Source: Candidatus Bathyarchaeota archaeon
Lineage (GTDB): Archaea > Thermoproteota > Bathyarchaeia > Bathyarchaeales > Bathycorpusculaceae
NCBI GenBank assembly: GCA_963702095.1
Contig: OY969706.1
Coordinates: 2,816,001-2,880,000 of the forward strand
Reading direction: 5' to 3'
Length of the DNA stretch: 64,000 nt
The notes under the pieces were generated by a model. That model ran no database searches. It had not been told where the DNA came from and was given only the letters and a program-made list of their open reading frames with translations. A program made the position numbers and the translations under genes. Shown one piece after another: positions 46,208 through 56,779 of the stretch; the stretch's first letter is position 1; each line of letters begins with the position of its first letter.

Positions 46208-48673
46208 ATGAATAATTCTGAGTTAATTTTGTGGTTTGACGATGTAACAATCAAAGATGTGCCACGGGTCGGCGGCAAAAACGCTTCGCTAGGCGAAATG
46301 ATTAGGTCAATACGAAAAGAAGGCATCCGCATACCCAACGGATTTGCCACCACCGCCCAGCTCTACTGGGAACTAGTCGACAAAAACGGTTTGAGAGAAA
46401 AGATTGAACCGCTCCTGCAAGCGCTTGTCAAGGGCGAAAAACCCCTCCGAGAAGTCGGAGCCGCCATCCGACAGTTGTTCCTTAATGCAGAGTTCCCCGA
46501 AGAGATCAATCAAGCAATCACCGAGGCATACGACAAGTTATGTGAGCGTTACGGCGTAAAAGACGTGGATGTCGCGGTTAGGAGCAGCGCAACAGCCGAA
46601 GACCTTCCCAGCGCAAGCTTCGCGGGGCAACAGGAGAGCTACCTAAACATCCGTGGCAAAACGCAGCTACTGGAAGCGTGCAAAAAATGTTTCGCCTCGC
46701 TGTTCACGGACCGCGCCATAACCTACCGCACCGCGCAGGGATTTGAGCACATGAAAGTAGCGCTTTCCATCGGCATAATGAAGATGGTCCGCTCCGACAA
46801 AGCCGGTAGTGGCGTCATGTTCACACTGGATACTGAAACAGGTTTCCCCAAAACCATTATCATCAACGCAGGCTTGGGATTAGGCGAATATATCGTTAAA
46901 GGCGTAGTTAACCCCGACCGCTACGTCGTGTTTAAGCCGCCGCTTGGCGACCCCAAGATGGTTCCGATCTTGGAGAAGGCGGTTGGCACCAAAGAGAGGA
47001 AACTCGTGTACTCTGATGGCGGTGCAGACGACACAACCAAGAACGTGGAGACAACGCCAGAGGAGCGGGAAGCCTTCGTTCTATCCGATGAAGAGGTTTT
47101 GCAGTTGGCACGGTGGGGTCTGCGCATCGAGGAGCATTACAAGCGGCCCATGGATATTGAATGGGCAAAAGACGGCGAGACCAACGAGCTCTATATTGTG
47201 CAGGCGCGTCCTGAAACCGTGCAGAGCCAAGTCAAAGAATCCAGCGGCTTAATGAGCTACACCCTCAAAGAGAAGGGCAAAGAGTTGATCGAGGGCATCA
47301 GCATCGGACAAGCCATCGCCACAGGCGAAGTATGTAAGATTCTCGACGCCAAAAACATCGACCAATTCAAAAAAGGCGCCATATTGGTCACAAAGATGAC
47401 GGACCCCGACTGGGTAACCATCATGAAAGAAGCCGCCGGCATCATAACCGATTATGGCGGACGCACCTCGCATGCGGCTATTGTGAGTCGTGAACTGGGC
47501 ATTCCCGCGATTGTGGGTACGGAGCGAGCCACGGAGGTGTTGCAGCCTGACCAGGCGGTGACCATGTCCTGCGCCGAAGGAGAAACCGGGCATGTGTACG
47601 AGGGGATTTTGAAGTTTGAGAAGACCAAAGTTTCATTCGAAGGCATACCCAAAACCAAAACGGAGATCATGATGAACATGGCCAGCCCCGACGCCGCGTA
47701 CCGCTGGTGGCGGTTGCCCTGTGAAGGCATCGGCTTAGCCCGCATGGAATTCATAATCAACAACATCATAAAAATCCACCCCATGGCACTCGTCAAATTT
47801 AACACCCTAAAAGACCAAGACACCATCAGCCGCATAAACCAACTCACCAAAGGCTACCAAGACAAAACCGAGTACTTCGTCGACAACCTTGCCAAAGGAA
47901 TCGCCCGCATCGCCTCCGCACAGTATCCCTACCCCGTCATCGTACGCATGAGCGACTTCAAAACCAACGAATACGCCAACCTCATAGGTGGCAAAGACTT
48001 TGAACCCAAAGAAGACAACCCCATGCTCGGGTTTAGGGGCGCCAGCAGATACTATAGCGACCGCTACAGAGAAGGCTTCGCACTGGAATGCCGGGCGATT
48101 AAACGTGCCCGCGAACAAATCGGGTTGACCAACGTGGTGGTGATGATTCCCTTCTGCCGAACAATAGATGAAGCCCAAAAAGTCATCGCCGTGATGGCTG
48201 AAAACGGCATCGAACGCGGCAAAAACGGGTTTGAAGTCTACGTTATGGCGGAAATCCCCTCCAACATCATCTTGGCGGATAAGTTTTCGGATTTCTTCGA
48301 CGGCTTCTCCGTAGGCTCAAACGACCTGACCCAACTGGTGCTGGGCATCGACCGCGACTCCTCAGAACTTGCCTACCTCTTCGACGAACGCAACGAGGCT
48401 GTAAAAGACGCCATAAAAACACTCATCCAAACCGCCCACGCCCATATCCCACGCCGGAAAGTCGGCATCTGCGGCCAAGCCCCAAGCGACTACCCCGACT
48501 TCGCCGCTTACCTCGTCAGATTGGGCATCGACAGCATCTCAGTTAACCCCGATAGCGTCATAGAAGTCAAAAAACGCGTGGCAGAAACAGAAAAAGAGTT
48601 GCCGCAGCAAAAAGACCGCTTGGAAGCTGTGGACGTGCAGCCGCCAATCAACAGACAATACAGCGACACCTAA
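46208..48673 (+). CDS. ppsA: Phosphoenolpyruvate synthase
   Basis: GGKNASLGEM, VRSSATAED, GGRTSHAAIVSRE, ENPMLGFRGASRY-like motif, GICGQAPSD; ATG 46208 after GGAGG. Confidence 0.95.
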   Translation: MNNSELILWFDDVTIKDVPRVGGKNASLGEMIRSIRKEGIRIPNGFATTAQLYWELVDKNGLREKIEPLLQALVKGEKPLREVGAAIRQLFLNAEFPEEINQAITEAYDKLCERYGVKDVDVAVRSSATAEDLPSASFAGQQESYLNIRGKTQLLEACKKCFASLFTDRAITYRTAQGFEHMKVALSIGIMKMVRSDKAGSGVMFTLDTETGFPKTIIINAGLGLGEYIVKGVVNPDRYVVFKPPLGDPKMVPILEKAVGTKERKLVYSDGGADDTTKNVETTPEEREAFVLSDEEVLQLARWGLRIEEHYKRPMDIEWAKDGETNELYIVQARPETVQSQVKESSGLMSYTLKEKGKELIEGISIGQAIATGEVCKILDAKNIDQFKKGAILVTKMTDPDWVTIMKEAAGIITDYGGRTSHAAIVSRELGIPAIVGTERATEVLQPDQAVTMSCAEGETGHVYEGILKFEKTKVSFEGIPKTKTEIMMNMASPDAAYRWWRLPCEGIGLARMEFIINNIIKIHPMALVKFNTLKDQDTISRINQLTKGYQDKTEYFVDNLAKGIARIASAQYPYPVIVRMSDFKTNEYANLIGGKDFEPKEDNPMLGFRGASRYYSDRYREGFALECRAIKRAREQIGLTNVVVMIPFCRTIDEAQKVIAVMAENGIERGKNGFEVYVMAEIPSNIILADKFSDFFDGFSVGSNDLTQLVLGIDRDSSELAYLFDERNEAVKDAIKTLIQTAHAHIPRRKVGICGQAPSDYPDFAAYLVRLGIDSISVNPDSVIEVKKRVAETEKELPQQKDRLEAVDVQPPINRQYSDT

Positions 48674-49021
48674 TCCATCGGCAACAATAGCGTTAAACGT
48701 AGTGTTGGCTGGGGGACAGGCGAATGAGCTCTCAATGGGTCCTGCTAGTGCCCGATTGCAATTCGCTGTTCACTGCTGTTTGCACTATGGCTTGTGCTGA
48801 AAACGCACTGGTTGCATATTGGTTTCCACGGGAAGCGCGCCTCTGGGTGCTTTTTTCGCCATCATATTAGGCTCCAAATATCAGATGTATGCACAAATCA
48901 GTAGAGGGAGGGTTCCTGTGCGGTGGGAAGGTGCGTTTTACGCATTTGTGTTGGCACGCAGAATCCTATATAGAGGGATAAGGTTCTTTTGGTGGAGTGA
49001 GTAGCCATTAAATGTTGGAAA

Positions 49022-49282
49022 TTACCCGCTTTTGTAGGGGAGGGCGGTTGTGGCTGAGCAACAAGTGCTGTTTATTTGCTGAGCCTTTTTCGAGCGCAAA
49101 CGAGATATGCTTTCACATCCATATCGCGGCGGCTTCAAAATGGAGCCATGCAGGCGTGTGGAGAAAAACCGATATCCCACACCAAAACAGACGCCAAAAC
49201 CATTGCAACCGCAAAAAGCAACCGTGTCCAATTCCTGTCTTGTGACAATTCTAAAACTGCCACACCCACATATAGAGAGAAA
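49022..49282 (-). repeat. Structured intergenic repeat, family 2, copy 1
   Basis: Reverse complement aligns block-wise with 51428-51696 (TATGTGGGTGTGGC, CACAAGACAG, GGTGTGGGATATsGGTTTTTCTCCACAC, CATGGyTCCAT); boundaries approximate. Confidence 0.8.
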
Positions 49283-49331
49283 CACAAAACAGTTAACTAG
49301 TAAAACAGAAAACAAAAGAAAAATGGCTCGT

Positions 49332-49574
49332 TTAAGCCAGCCATTTTAGGGGTATATCTTGGAAGGTGCCATCGGGCAACGTGCGCCGAATGGTGATTGG
49401 CAAAATGTTTGCGTCCAACTCGGATAGCGCGATGTCTATGGGGTTGGTGTTTTCTTGTGCATCTACCAAGATTGGGGCTCCCATCGAGATCTGCAGTGCG
49501 CGTGCACCGACGATTCTTGCTTTCTCGAAGCGAGTGACTTTTGGTGGTCCAACATTGATTGTTTTTTCTTGCAT
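49332..49574 (-). CDS. rpoK: RNA polymerase subunit Rpo6 (K)
   Basis: [28 protein letters not shown]. Confidence 0.97.
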   Translation of the reverse strand: MQEKTINVGPPKVTRFEKARIVGARALQISMGAPILVDAQENTNPIDIALSELDANILPITIRRTLPDGTFQDIPLKWLA

Positions 49575-49575
49575 A

Positions 49576-51228
49576 CTACATCATTCCGCCTGGCATACCG
49601 CCCATGCCGCCTCCCGGTGGCATCGGAGGAGCCTTCATCTTCGCAACAGAAATCACGTCATCGATCTTTAGTATCATCGCGGCTGCCTCGTTGGCTGACT
49701 TTATGATTTGCTTCTTAACCGCAAGCGGCTCGTAAACACCAAGCTTCGACATGTCCTCGACTTTACCCGAAGCAACGTTTATGCCCGCCCAAGTCTGGCC
49801 TTTCTCGTGGCTGGACCGCAACTCAGTAAGCAAGTTCACAGGGTCTAAACCAGCGTTCTCAGCCAAAGTCGTCGCAATCTCCTCGAGTGAATCCGCGAAA
49901 ACACGCACCGCCAACTGCTCACGACCCGGCAAAGTCTGCGCATACTTGCGCAGCACACCTGCCATTTCCATTTCAGGAGCAGCTCCCCCAGCGACTACAA
50001 GTGGTTCTTCGATGAGATCACGTACGACGCAGAGCGCGTCGTGGATGCTGCGTTCAGCTTCAGCGATTAAGCGTTGGTTGCCGCCGCGTATTAGGAGTGT
50101 GACGGATTTGGGGTTTTTGCATCCTTCGATATAGGTCATTTTATCGTCGCCAGTCTTGCGTTCTTCAACGAGGTCTGCTTTGCCGAGGTCCGTTGCTGTG
50201 AGGGCGTTTATGTTGCTGACGATTTTTCCGCCTGTAGCTCGAGCCAGTTTTTCCATGTCAGATTTTTTGGCACGTCGAATGGCGATTACGCTTTTTCTGG
50301 CGAGGAAGTGCTGGACCATGTCGTCGATGCCTTTTTGGCAGACCACAACGTTGGCGCCGCTGGCTAATACCTTGTCGACCATGGCTTTTAGGAGGGCTTC
50401 TTCTTCTTTTAGGAAAGCCTCGATCTGCGCGGGGTTTTCAATGTTGATTTTAGCGTCTAACTCGGGCTTTTCGTTTTCAAGTGAAGCGTCCAGTAAGGCG
50501 ATTTTGGCTTTTTCGACGCGTTTGGGCATGCCGCTGTGTACGATTTCCTTGTCTAAAACGATGCCGTTGATTAGTTGGGTGTCTGCGAGGGATTCACCGG
50601 TTTTCTTCTCAACTTTGACGTCGTCAACGTCTGCTCTGTAGCCCATGTCTGTTTTTTCTGCGACTGAGAGCATGGCTTTGACTGTGATGTCGGCTAGGAA
50701 TTCTTTGTGTTCAGAAACGATTTTGCTGCCCATTGCTGTTGAGGCGGCTTTTTTTAGGAAATCAGGTTTGGTGGGGTCTATTGGGATGGCGATTTTGTCC
50801 AGTGTAGCCAGCGCTTTTTCAGCGGCTTGCTTGTAGCCCTCAATGATTACTGTTGGGTGAACGTTTCGGTCGATCAGTTCCTCGGCGCGGCCCAGAAGTT
50901 CACCGGCGACGATGACGCTTGTGGTTGTGCCGTCGCCTGCTTCTTTGTCCTGTGTCTTGGCGACTTCAACCATCATCTTGGCGGCTGGATGCTGGATGTC
51001 CATTTCGTCAAGGATTGTTTTACCGTCGTTTGTGATTGTGACGTCTCCGAAGCCGTCGACGAGCATCTTATCCATGCCCTTTGGTCCAAGTGCGCTTCGG
51101 ACTGATTCAGCGACAACTTTGGCGGCCAAAATGTTTCCATGTTGGGCGTCTCTTCCGCGGTTGCGGTTTGAGCCTTCCCTTAAAACCATAATGGGGATTC
51201 CGCCTGCTGAAGTTGGTGATGTTGACAA
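49576..51228 (-). CDS. Thermosome (group II chaperonin) subunit
   Basis: [22 protein letters not shown]-rich tail. Confidence 0.97.
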   Translation of the reverse strand: MSTSPTSAGGIPIMVLREGSNRNRGRDAQHGNILAAKVVAESVRSALGPKGMDKMLVDGFGDVTITNDGKTILDEMDIQHPAAKMMVEVAKTQDKEAGDGTTTSVIVAGELLGRAEELIDRNVHPTVIIEGYKQAAEKALATLDKIAIPIDPTKPDFLKKAASTAMGSKIVSEHKEFLADITVKAMLSVAEKTDMGYRADVDDVKVEKKTGESLADTQLINGIVLDKEIVHSGMPKRVEKAKIALLDASLENEKPELDAKINIENPAQIEAFLKEEEALLKAMVDKVLASGANVVVCQKGIDDMVQHFLARKSVIAIRRAKKSDMEKLARATGGKIVSNINALTATDLGKADLVEERKTGDDKMTYIEGCKNPKSVTLLIRGGNQRLIAEAERSIHDALCVVRDLIEEPLVVAGGAAPEMEMAGVLRKYAQTLPGREQLAVRVFADSLEEIATTLAENAGLDPVNLLTELRSSHEKGQTWAGINVASGKVEDMSKLGVYEPLAVKKQIIKSANEAAAMILKIDDVISVAKMKAPPMPPGGGMGGMPGGMM

Positions 51229-51427
51229 ACCTTATAAACCTCCATTAATGCGAACAACAACATGATATGCTTAACCATATAAGTTTTTCTAGGCACGCCA
51301 CGTTGATACAGGCACAACAGAGCGGTTTTGGCAGGGTTTAGCGGCTTTTTGCGGCGAATGCAGGTTTGTGTGGCGGCAGAGGACGGCTTTTTGTTGCTCT
51401 CAGCGCTCTCCCCCCGTCTTCTGCGGT

Positions 51428-51696
51428 TTGTCTCTTTATGTGGGTGTGGCGTTTTATGGGGCCCACAAGACAGCTTATGGGGCAAGCTCCGTTTTGGGGT
51501 TGTGATGTTTTTATTTGACTATTTGGGTGTGGGATATGGGTTTTTCTCCACACACCATACATGGTTCCATGCAGGGGCGCACGGGATGTGTGTGTTTAAG
51601 CATGTATCAACTAGTTTTTTAGCGTCATTTAGCGTCATCTATTGAGGCGCAGATAACCTGGTTAGCCGAATGCCGCATAAAACAGAAGGCGGTTAC
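51428..51696 (+). repeat. Structured intergenic repeat, family 2, copy 2
   Basis: Diverged inverted copy of 49022-49282; strongest match at 51428-51570. Confidence 0.8.
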
Positions 51697-51782
51697 AACC
51701 AAAACACAAAGACCCCCAAAGAGGACCATCTTGGCAAGCAAAGACTCTATCTTGCGCTGTATTGCCCCATCTAACTGGAGGT

Positions 51783-52259
51783 TTAACGAGGTATTTGTCC
51801 GACCTTGCTATCTTTCTCCGTCACTCTTAAAGCGTACAGCTTTTTGTATAGATAGCCAATAACTATTCCAAGAGCAAGAATCCTTAGTACGTTAAACAAT
51901 AAGCCGATGAGAAAGTAACGCATAGGATCACTATTTGGCGTGAGAAAATGTGCAGGAACTTCAAGTAGGATTTCGGCAAGAATTAGGGCGATGAGACTTA
52001 ATATCACTGATTTTAGAATTGGGTTTCTTGTCGGAATCCTATTTGGAAATCGAAGCAAGAAAAAGCTGACGCCAAACCCGATAATCAAACCACCCACCAA
52101 AGCTTCAAGAAGCATTGGAAAATAAGAAATTGAAACACCCGCTCTATACTCCGCCGCAATGGGGGTGAGAGAAATTGCAAAGTTTGTTACCCCGAAGGCT
52201 AACCCCCCGGCGAGCGCCAGTACTAGCATTTTTCTCCAGATTTCTTTTGATTGGGTCAT
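51783..52259 (-). CDS. Hypothetical four-TM membrane protein
   Basis: GGAGG RBS, four hydrophobic segments, AT-richer region. Confidence 0.75.
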   Translation of the reverse strand: MTQSKEIWRKMLVLALAGGLAFGVTNFAISLTPIAAEYRAGVSISYFPMLLEALVGGLIIGFGVSFFLLRFPNRIPTRNPILKSVILSLIALILAEILLEVPAHFLTPNSDPMRYFLIGLLFNVLRILALGIVIGYLYKKLYALRVTEKDSKVGQIPR

Positions 52260-52289
52260 CTTTTTCCTCCCTTTTCTAATTTAGCCCTT

Positions 52290-52992
52290 CTATTTCTGTT
52301 CCTTAACAGCCATAATCAAAAGCCACAGCATAAGAGCAATTTCGGCAATGAAGCTAATCACATTTCCCGGATAAGCTAACGTCGGGTAGTCGGGGAGAAG
52401 GAAACCCTGCAAAAACCAACTCATATTACCGAAGAAATCAAGAATCAACAATATGCCCAAAAATTTAGGAAGGAAGCCGGATTTGTAAACTAAGTAGCCA
52501 AGGGGAAGTAACCACGCGCTAAAGAATATCTGGGCGATTAGAAACCCGTTTGTGTATAAATTGAGAGATGCCATTGCCATGGCTTGCAGTTGACCTGTTT
52601 GAAATACGTTTAAGTAATTAGCTCCGCTCAAAAACTGAACGGCAGCAAATAGATTTAGCGCATTAATACACTCTACAGCGACACCGCCCAAGTTTAGTAG
52701 CAGGAAAAGCAGAGCTAGGTTTTTGTTAACTGGTTTTAACAACAAATATAGAGCCCATGCCGCCAGAAGGAAAAACACTGCAGATACTAGCTCGGTTACA
52801 AAACCAACCCTGAATAGCTCCGGAGAAGCTACAATATTACTAGCTCGTCGCCGCTGCATCCCCATCTACAATAAATGTTCCACGAACATATGAGGCTAAG
52901 ACAGTTGTTAATATGAAAATGAGGTAGAAAAAACCCGCCATTCTTGCGGTCCTGCGTGGCGTTTGATCTGCGATTTGTTGTGTCGTTTCAAT
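52290..52992 (-). pseudogene. DUF4386-family membrane protein, frameshifted
   Basis: Upstream frame TPRRTARMAGFFYLIF...IVDGDAAAT joins ASNIVAS if one base at 52845 is removed. Confidence 0.8.
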
Positions 52993-53207
52993 TCCTCTGA
53001 TTAGCGTTTTTTGTTAATCGGGTTATTACGCATTTAAGCTTATGTGTCAAATATATTATCGTAGGTTGTTATTGGCTCGTTTTTTTAACAGAACTGCGAT
53101 TAGATACACGCTTGATGTAGTCGTCAGCGCATGGTTTGGCTGTAGACCTGAAACAGTTAGCGGAGACAATTTATTGATAGTTTTTTTAAGCAAGTTATAC
53201 CTTCAGA

Positions 53208-53378
53208 TCTAACTGTGGCGAGAAAAAAGCTAAAGACAAAGTAGCAAAAAAACGTTGTGAGACTCCAAAAAAGCAGATCAGCTTTCTTGATTTAGTAGGG
53301 AGCGGTGCAGGCGAAGCCTCCGTTGAAGAAGTAAATAAGATGCTGGATGAAATGAGAGCTGAAAAGGCGATTAATTAG
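53208..53378 (+). pseudogene. Start-less fragment resembling a VapB-type antitoxin C-terminus
   Basis: ...KQISFLDLVGSGAGEASVEEVNKMLDEMRAEKAIN*, preceded in frame by a stop with no plausible start. Confidence 0.35.
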
Positions 53379-53844
53379 CCCTTTTCTGTTCTGCTTGCGC
53401 CAGTGTTTTTGTGATTTGCTTCCAATGTGCTCCTTGCCAGTAGATTTGTCCGCAGTTGGGGCACCGCCAAAACTGGTCGTAGTATGTGTAGGTGTTGGGC
53501 TTTAGCTGGTCTTTTAATTCTTCTTTTGTGGCTGCTTTGATGGGGGTGTTGCAGATGGGGCAATACGCCTTATCCATGTCAATCTCCAATACCAGCCCGA
53601 ACCGCCGTGTAACCTCCGCCAATCGATCCGACTCGGTTTTGCCCTCAACAAAAAACGCCTCCAGTCCCCGTGTGATGGCGCGTTTGTAGAGTTCAAGATC
53701 CCTCGTCAACAGCGCACGCTCTTCCGCCTTCGCCAAACGTAGAAGCTCATCATCGACCAACTTTACCGAATAAACAACGTCGTGTCCCATCATGCGTAGC
53801 CAACGCGCCAGCTTCCCCAGCATGGCATCAGCTAAAAACTTCAA
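53371..53844 (-). CDS. Mut7-C RNase domain protein (DUF82)
   Basis: FLADAMLGKLARWLRMMG, LLTRD, CPICN, CPNCGQIYWQGAHW. Confidence 0.92.
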   Translation of the reverse strand: MKFLADAMLGKLARWLRMMGHDVVYSVKLVDDELLRLAKAEERALLTRDLELYKRAITRGLEAFFVEGKTESDRLAEVTRRFGLVLEIDMDKAYCPICNTPIKAATKEELKDQLKPNTYTYYDQFWRCPNCGQIYWQGAHWKQITKTLAQAEQKRAN

Positions 53845-55187
53845 ACGCTACCTCCACCGACGATTGCGCCTACACCGCCTTTCGCCACTATTTCGTCGTC
53901 TTCGTAGACGACTGTGCCGTTGACGATGGTTTTGGCGACTTTGCCATAGAGGTCCCAGCCGTTGTAGGGGCTGAATTTGGCTTTGGATTTGAATTTGGAG
54001 GCGTTGATTTTGAATTGACGGTTATAGTCGATGATGGTGAGGTCTGCGTTTTTGCCTGCTTCGAGGTGGCCGCGGCTGGTTAAGCCGTAGATTTCTGCTG
54101 GTTTCTCAGCGAGTAGGGAGACAACTTGGTTAATTGTCAACTTGCGCTTTCTAACCATTGTCAACATCAGCGGCAGAGTCGTTTCCAGTCCGGGCACACC
54201 CACTTTGACGTCCCATATGCTGGCAGCTGACTTCTCCTCGATTGCGTGTGGCGCATGGTCGGAGCCGATGGTATCCACTGTGCTGTCTTCGATGCCCTTC
54301 CACAGTGCATCAACGTGGGTTCGGTCGCGTAGAGGCGGCGCAATAAGCAGCATGGAGCCTTGACGTAGCAATTCGTCGCTTGAAAGCATCAGATGGTCGG
54401 GCGTCACTTCACAGGTGACTTTTCTCTCTGCCTTTTTGGCCTCTGCAATTGCCGCCAGCCCTTCTTTGCTGGTGACGTGGCAGAAATGCAGCCGTACATC
54501 TGTTTCCTCGCTGGCTTTGAGTAGGCGCTGGATGGCTCGAAGTTCAACGGTTTCGTTGTGGGCTCGCAGGTAATCGGCTGTGGCGGTTTTTTGCTTTTTC
54601 TTGAGGTTTCCCTCACTCGCTACTATCATCGCGTGATCCTCCGCGTGCACTGCAACGAGGGCTTTCTGTTCGGCAGCGGCTTTGAGGGCTTCTCTTATGA
54701 CTGCATCATCGTCTACGTTTACTCCACCAGTTTGGTTGCCCATGAAAAACTTGAAGGCAACCGCGCCTTCGCCGATAACCTCTTTGATTTCGGGCAGGGT
54801 CTTTGGGAACTCGGAGTAGAAGCCGACGTTTACGAGGAGTTGGCGCCTGGCGGTTTGAATGCGATTGCGAAGGGTTTTGGCGCTCATGGTCGTGGGGTCG
54901 TTGTTGGGCATATCCAAAACTGTGGTAAATCCGCCAGCTGCAGCCGCTGAGGTGCCTGTGGAGAAGTCCTCTTTGTAGGCTCTGCCCTCATCCCGCAAGT
55001 GTACATGCTCATCGATTAACCCCGGAAGAACAAGCAAACCATGCAAGTCGGTTTTGGCGTCGGCTTGGGGCATGTGGGTTTCTCTGCCGATTTTCTGTAT
55101 TTTTCCTTCTTCGACGGCGATGCCGCAGTCTACGATTTGACCTTTGAGGTAGGCTTTGGCGTTTAGGAGGACAGAATCAACGATCAA
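53841..55187 (-). CDS. pyrC: Dihydroorotase
   Basis: PGLIDEHVHLR, DMPN, VHAED, CEVTP, SDHAPH, SKAKFSPY. Confidence 0.88.
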   Translation of the reverse strand: MIVDSVLLNAKAYLKGQIVDCGIAVEEGKIQKIGRETHMPQADAKTDLHGLLVLPGLIDEHVHLRDEGRAYKEDFSTGTSAAAAGGFTTVLDMPNNDPTTMSAKTLRNRIQTARRQLLVNVGFYSEFPKTLPEIKEVIGEGAVAFKFFMGNQTGGVNVDDDAVIREALKAAAEQKALVAVHAEDHAMIVASEGNLKKKQKTATADYLRAHNETVELRAIQRLLKASEETDVRLHFCHVTSKEGLAAIAEAKKAERKVTCEVTPDHLMLSSDELLRQGSMLLIAPPLRDRTHVDALWKGIEDSTVDTIGSDHAPHAIEEKSAASIWDVKVGVPGLETTLPLMLTMVRKRKLTINQVVSLLAEKPAEIYGLTSRGHLEAGKNADLTIIDYNRQFKINASKFKSKAKFSPYNGWDLYGKVAKTIVNGTVVYEDDEIVAKGGVGAIVGGGSV

Positions 55188-55255
55188 GGCGGTTCACTGT
55201 ATGCAATAGCGGGTGGTTTACTAAAAAAGGTTATTTGCCCAAAAACGGGCGACTC

Positions 55256-56734
55256 TTAGCCTTTGACGACTGCGATGGGTACTAAACGGGCGACTTTAGT
55301 GGCGATGCCCAGAGTGTCGCTGACTTCGGCGACTATGTCCACGTTCTTGTATGCTGCGTCCGCTTCTTCTGCCAACACGGATGCGCTGGCTGCTCGGACG
55401 GTTATACCCCGTTTTTCGAGGCTGCTTTTAACGTCTGCGCCCCAGAACTGCCTTTTCGCCGCTGAACGACTCATCATGCGACCGGCGCCGTGTGCAGTGG
55501 AGCCAAATGTGAGTTCCATGGCTTTCTGTGTGCCCACAAGCACCCATGAACTGGTACCCATGCTGCCCGGAATCAAAACGGGCTGCCCTTCACTGCGGTA
55601 ATCCTCGGGGACTGCTTCATGCCCCGGTGGAAACGCGCGGGTGGCGCCTTTGCGGTGGACCCAGACTTTTCGGTTGACGCCGTCTATGTCGTGGGTTTCC
55701 ACCTTGGCGATGTTGTGGGCGACGTCGTAGACGAGGTTTAATCCGAATTTTTCGGGGTCCGTACCGTAGACCTGCTGGAAGCTCTGGCGAACCCAGTGCA
55801 TAATCGCCTGTCGATTGCAAAACGCGTAGTTGACGGCGCATGCCATGGCTTCGATGTAGTCTTTGGCTTCGGGGCTGCTGCCGGGTGCACAGGCTAATTC
55901 GCGGTCAGGCAAGGTGATCTTGTATTTTTGGACGGCGTGTTCCATGACGCGGAGGTAGTCGCTGCAGACTTGGTGTCCGTAGCCGCGGCTGCCGCAGTGA
56001 ATCATGACGGTGACTTGGCCTTCATGGGTTAATCCGAAGGCTTTAGCGGTTTTGGGGTTGAGGATTTTGTCGACTTTCTGGATTTCCAAGAAGTGGTTGC
56101 CGCTGCCCAAGGTGCCAATCTGCGATAATCCCCGGCTTTTGGCTGTGTGTGAGACTTTGTCGGGGTTGGCGTTTTTCATCTGGCCGTTTTCTTCGCAGTG
56201 TTTGGCGTCTTCTGCCCAGCCTAATCCTTGGTCGATTAGCCACTGGACGCCTTCGACGGCTAAGGTGTCTAAGTCGCGGTTGGATACGGTTAGGTCTTTT
56301 CGGCGGCTTCCTAAACCGGAGGGAACATTGCGGAAGATGGCTTCGGCGAGCGGCGCAAGTTTGGGTCGGATGTCTTTGTCGGTGACGTTGGTGGCGAGCA
56401 GGCGGACTCCACAGTTTATGTCATAGCCGACGCCGCCGGGGCTGATGACACCTTCGGTGTAGTCGGTGGCTGCGACGCCTCCGATGGGGAACCCGTAGCC
56501 TTCATGTCCGTCGGGCAACGTTATGGCGTGTTTGTAGATGCCAGGTAACTGGGCGACGTTGCTGCACTGCCAAAGGGTGCGGTCAGTTTTCATCTTGTCT
56601 AGCAGTGCCTGGTTTGCAAAAACCATGCCTGGAACCCGCATCGCTGGTTTGTACTTAGGAATCTGCCACATGCAATCGTTAACTTTCTCTAGTGGAACCC
56701 GTTCGGGAGTTGCTCTGCTTTCACTTTCACCCAA
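55256..56734 (-). CDS. rtcB: tRNA-splicing ligase RtcB
   Basis: PDGHEGYGFPIGG, GYDINCG, GTLGSGNHFLE, HRKGATR, HGAGR, VVKG; no intein. Confidence 0.97.
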   Translation of the reverse strand: MGESESRATPERVPLEKVNDCMWQIPKYKPAMRVPGMVFANQALLDKMKTDRTLWQCSNVAQLPGIYKHAITLPDGHEGYGFPIGGVAATDYTEGVISPGGVGYDINCGVRLLATNVTDKDIRPKLAPLAEAIFRNVPSGLGSRRKDLTVSNRDLDTLAVEGVQWLIDQGLGWAEDAKHCEENGQMKNANPDKVSHTAKSRGLSQIGTLGSGNHFLEIQKVDKILNPKTAKAFGLTHEGQVTVMIHCGSRGYGHQVCSDYLRVMEHAVQKYKITLPDRELACAPGSSPEAKDYIEAMACAVNYAFCNRQAIMHWVRQSFQQVYGTDPEKFGLNLVYDVAHNIAKVETHDIDGVNRKVWVHRKGATRAFPPGHEAVPEDYRSEGQPVLIPGSMGTSSWVLVGTQKAMELTFGSTAHGAGRMMSRSAAKRQFWGADVKSSLEKRGITVRAASASVLAEEADAAYKNVDIVAEVSDTLGIATKVARLVPIAVVKG

Positions 56735-56779
56735 AATCTTTCACCTTGCAACACAGAAGAGTTGCAGATTATAAAATGT

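Noticed and set aside
48819-49349. Short ORFs in the ppsA-rpoK gap and similar ones at 51180-51645
   Set aside because: No recognisable motifs or RBS; frames are not conserved between the two repeat copies
51301-51720. Complete RNase P RNA gene
   Set aside because: Only the 3' motif resembles rnpB; CR-I and internal conserved regions are not visible
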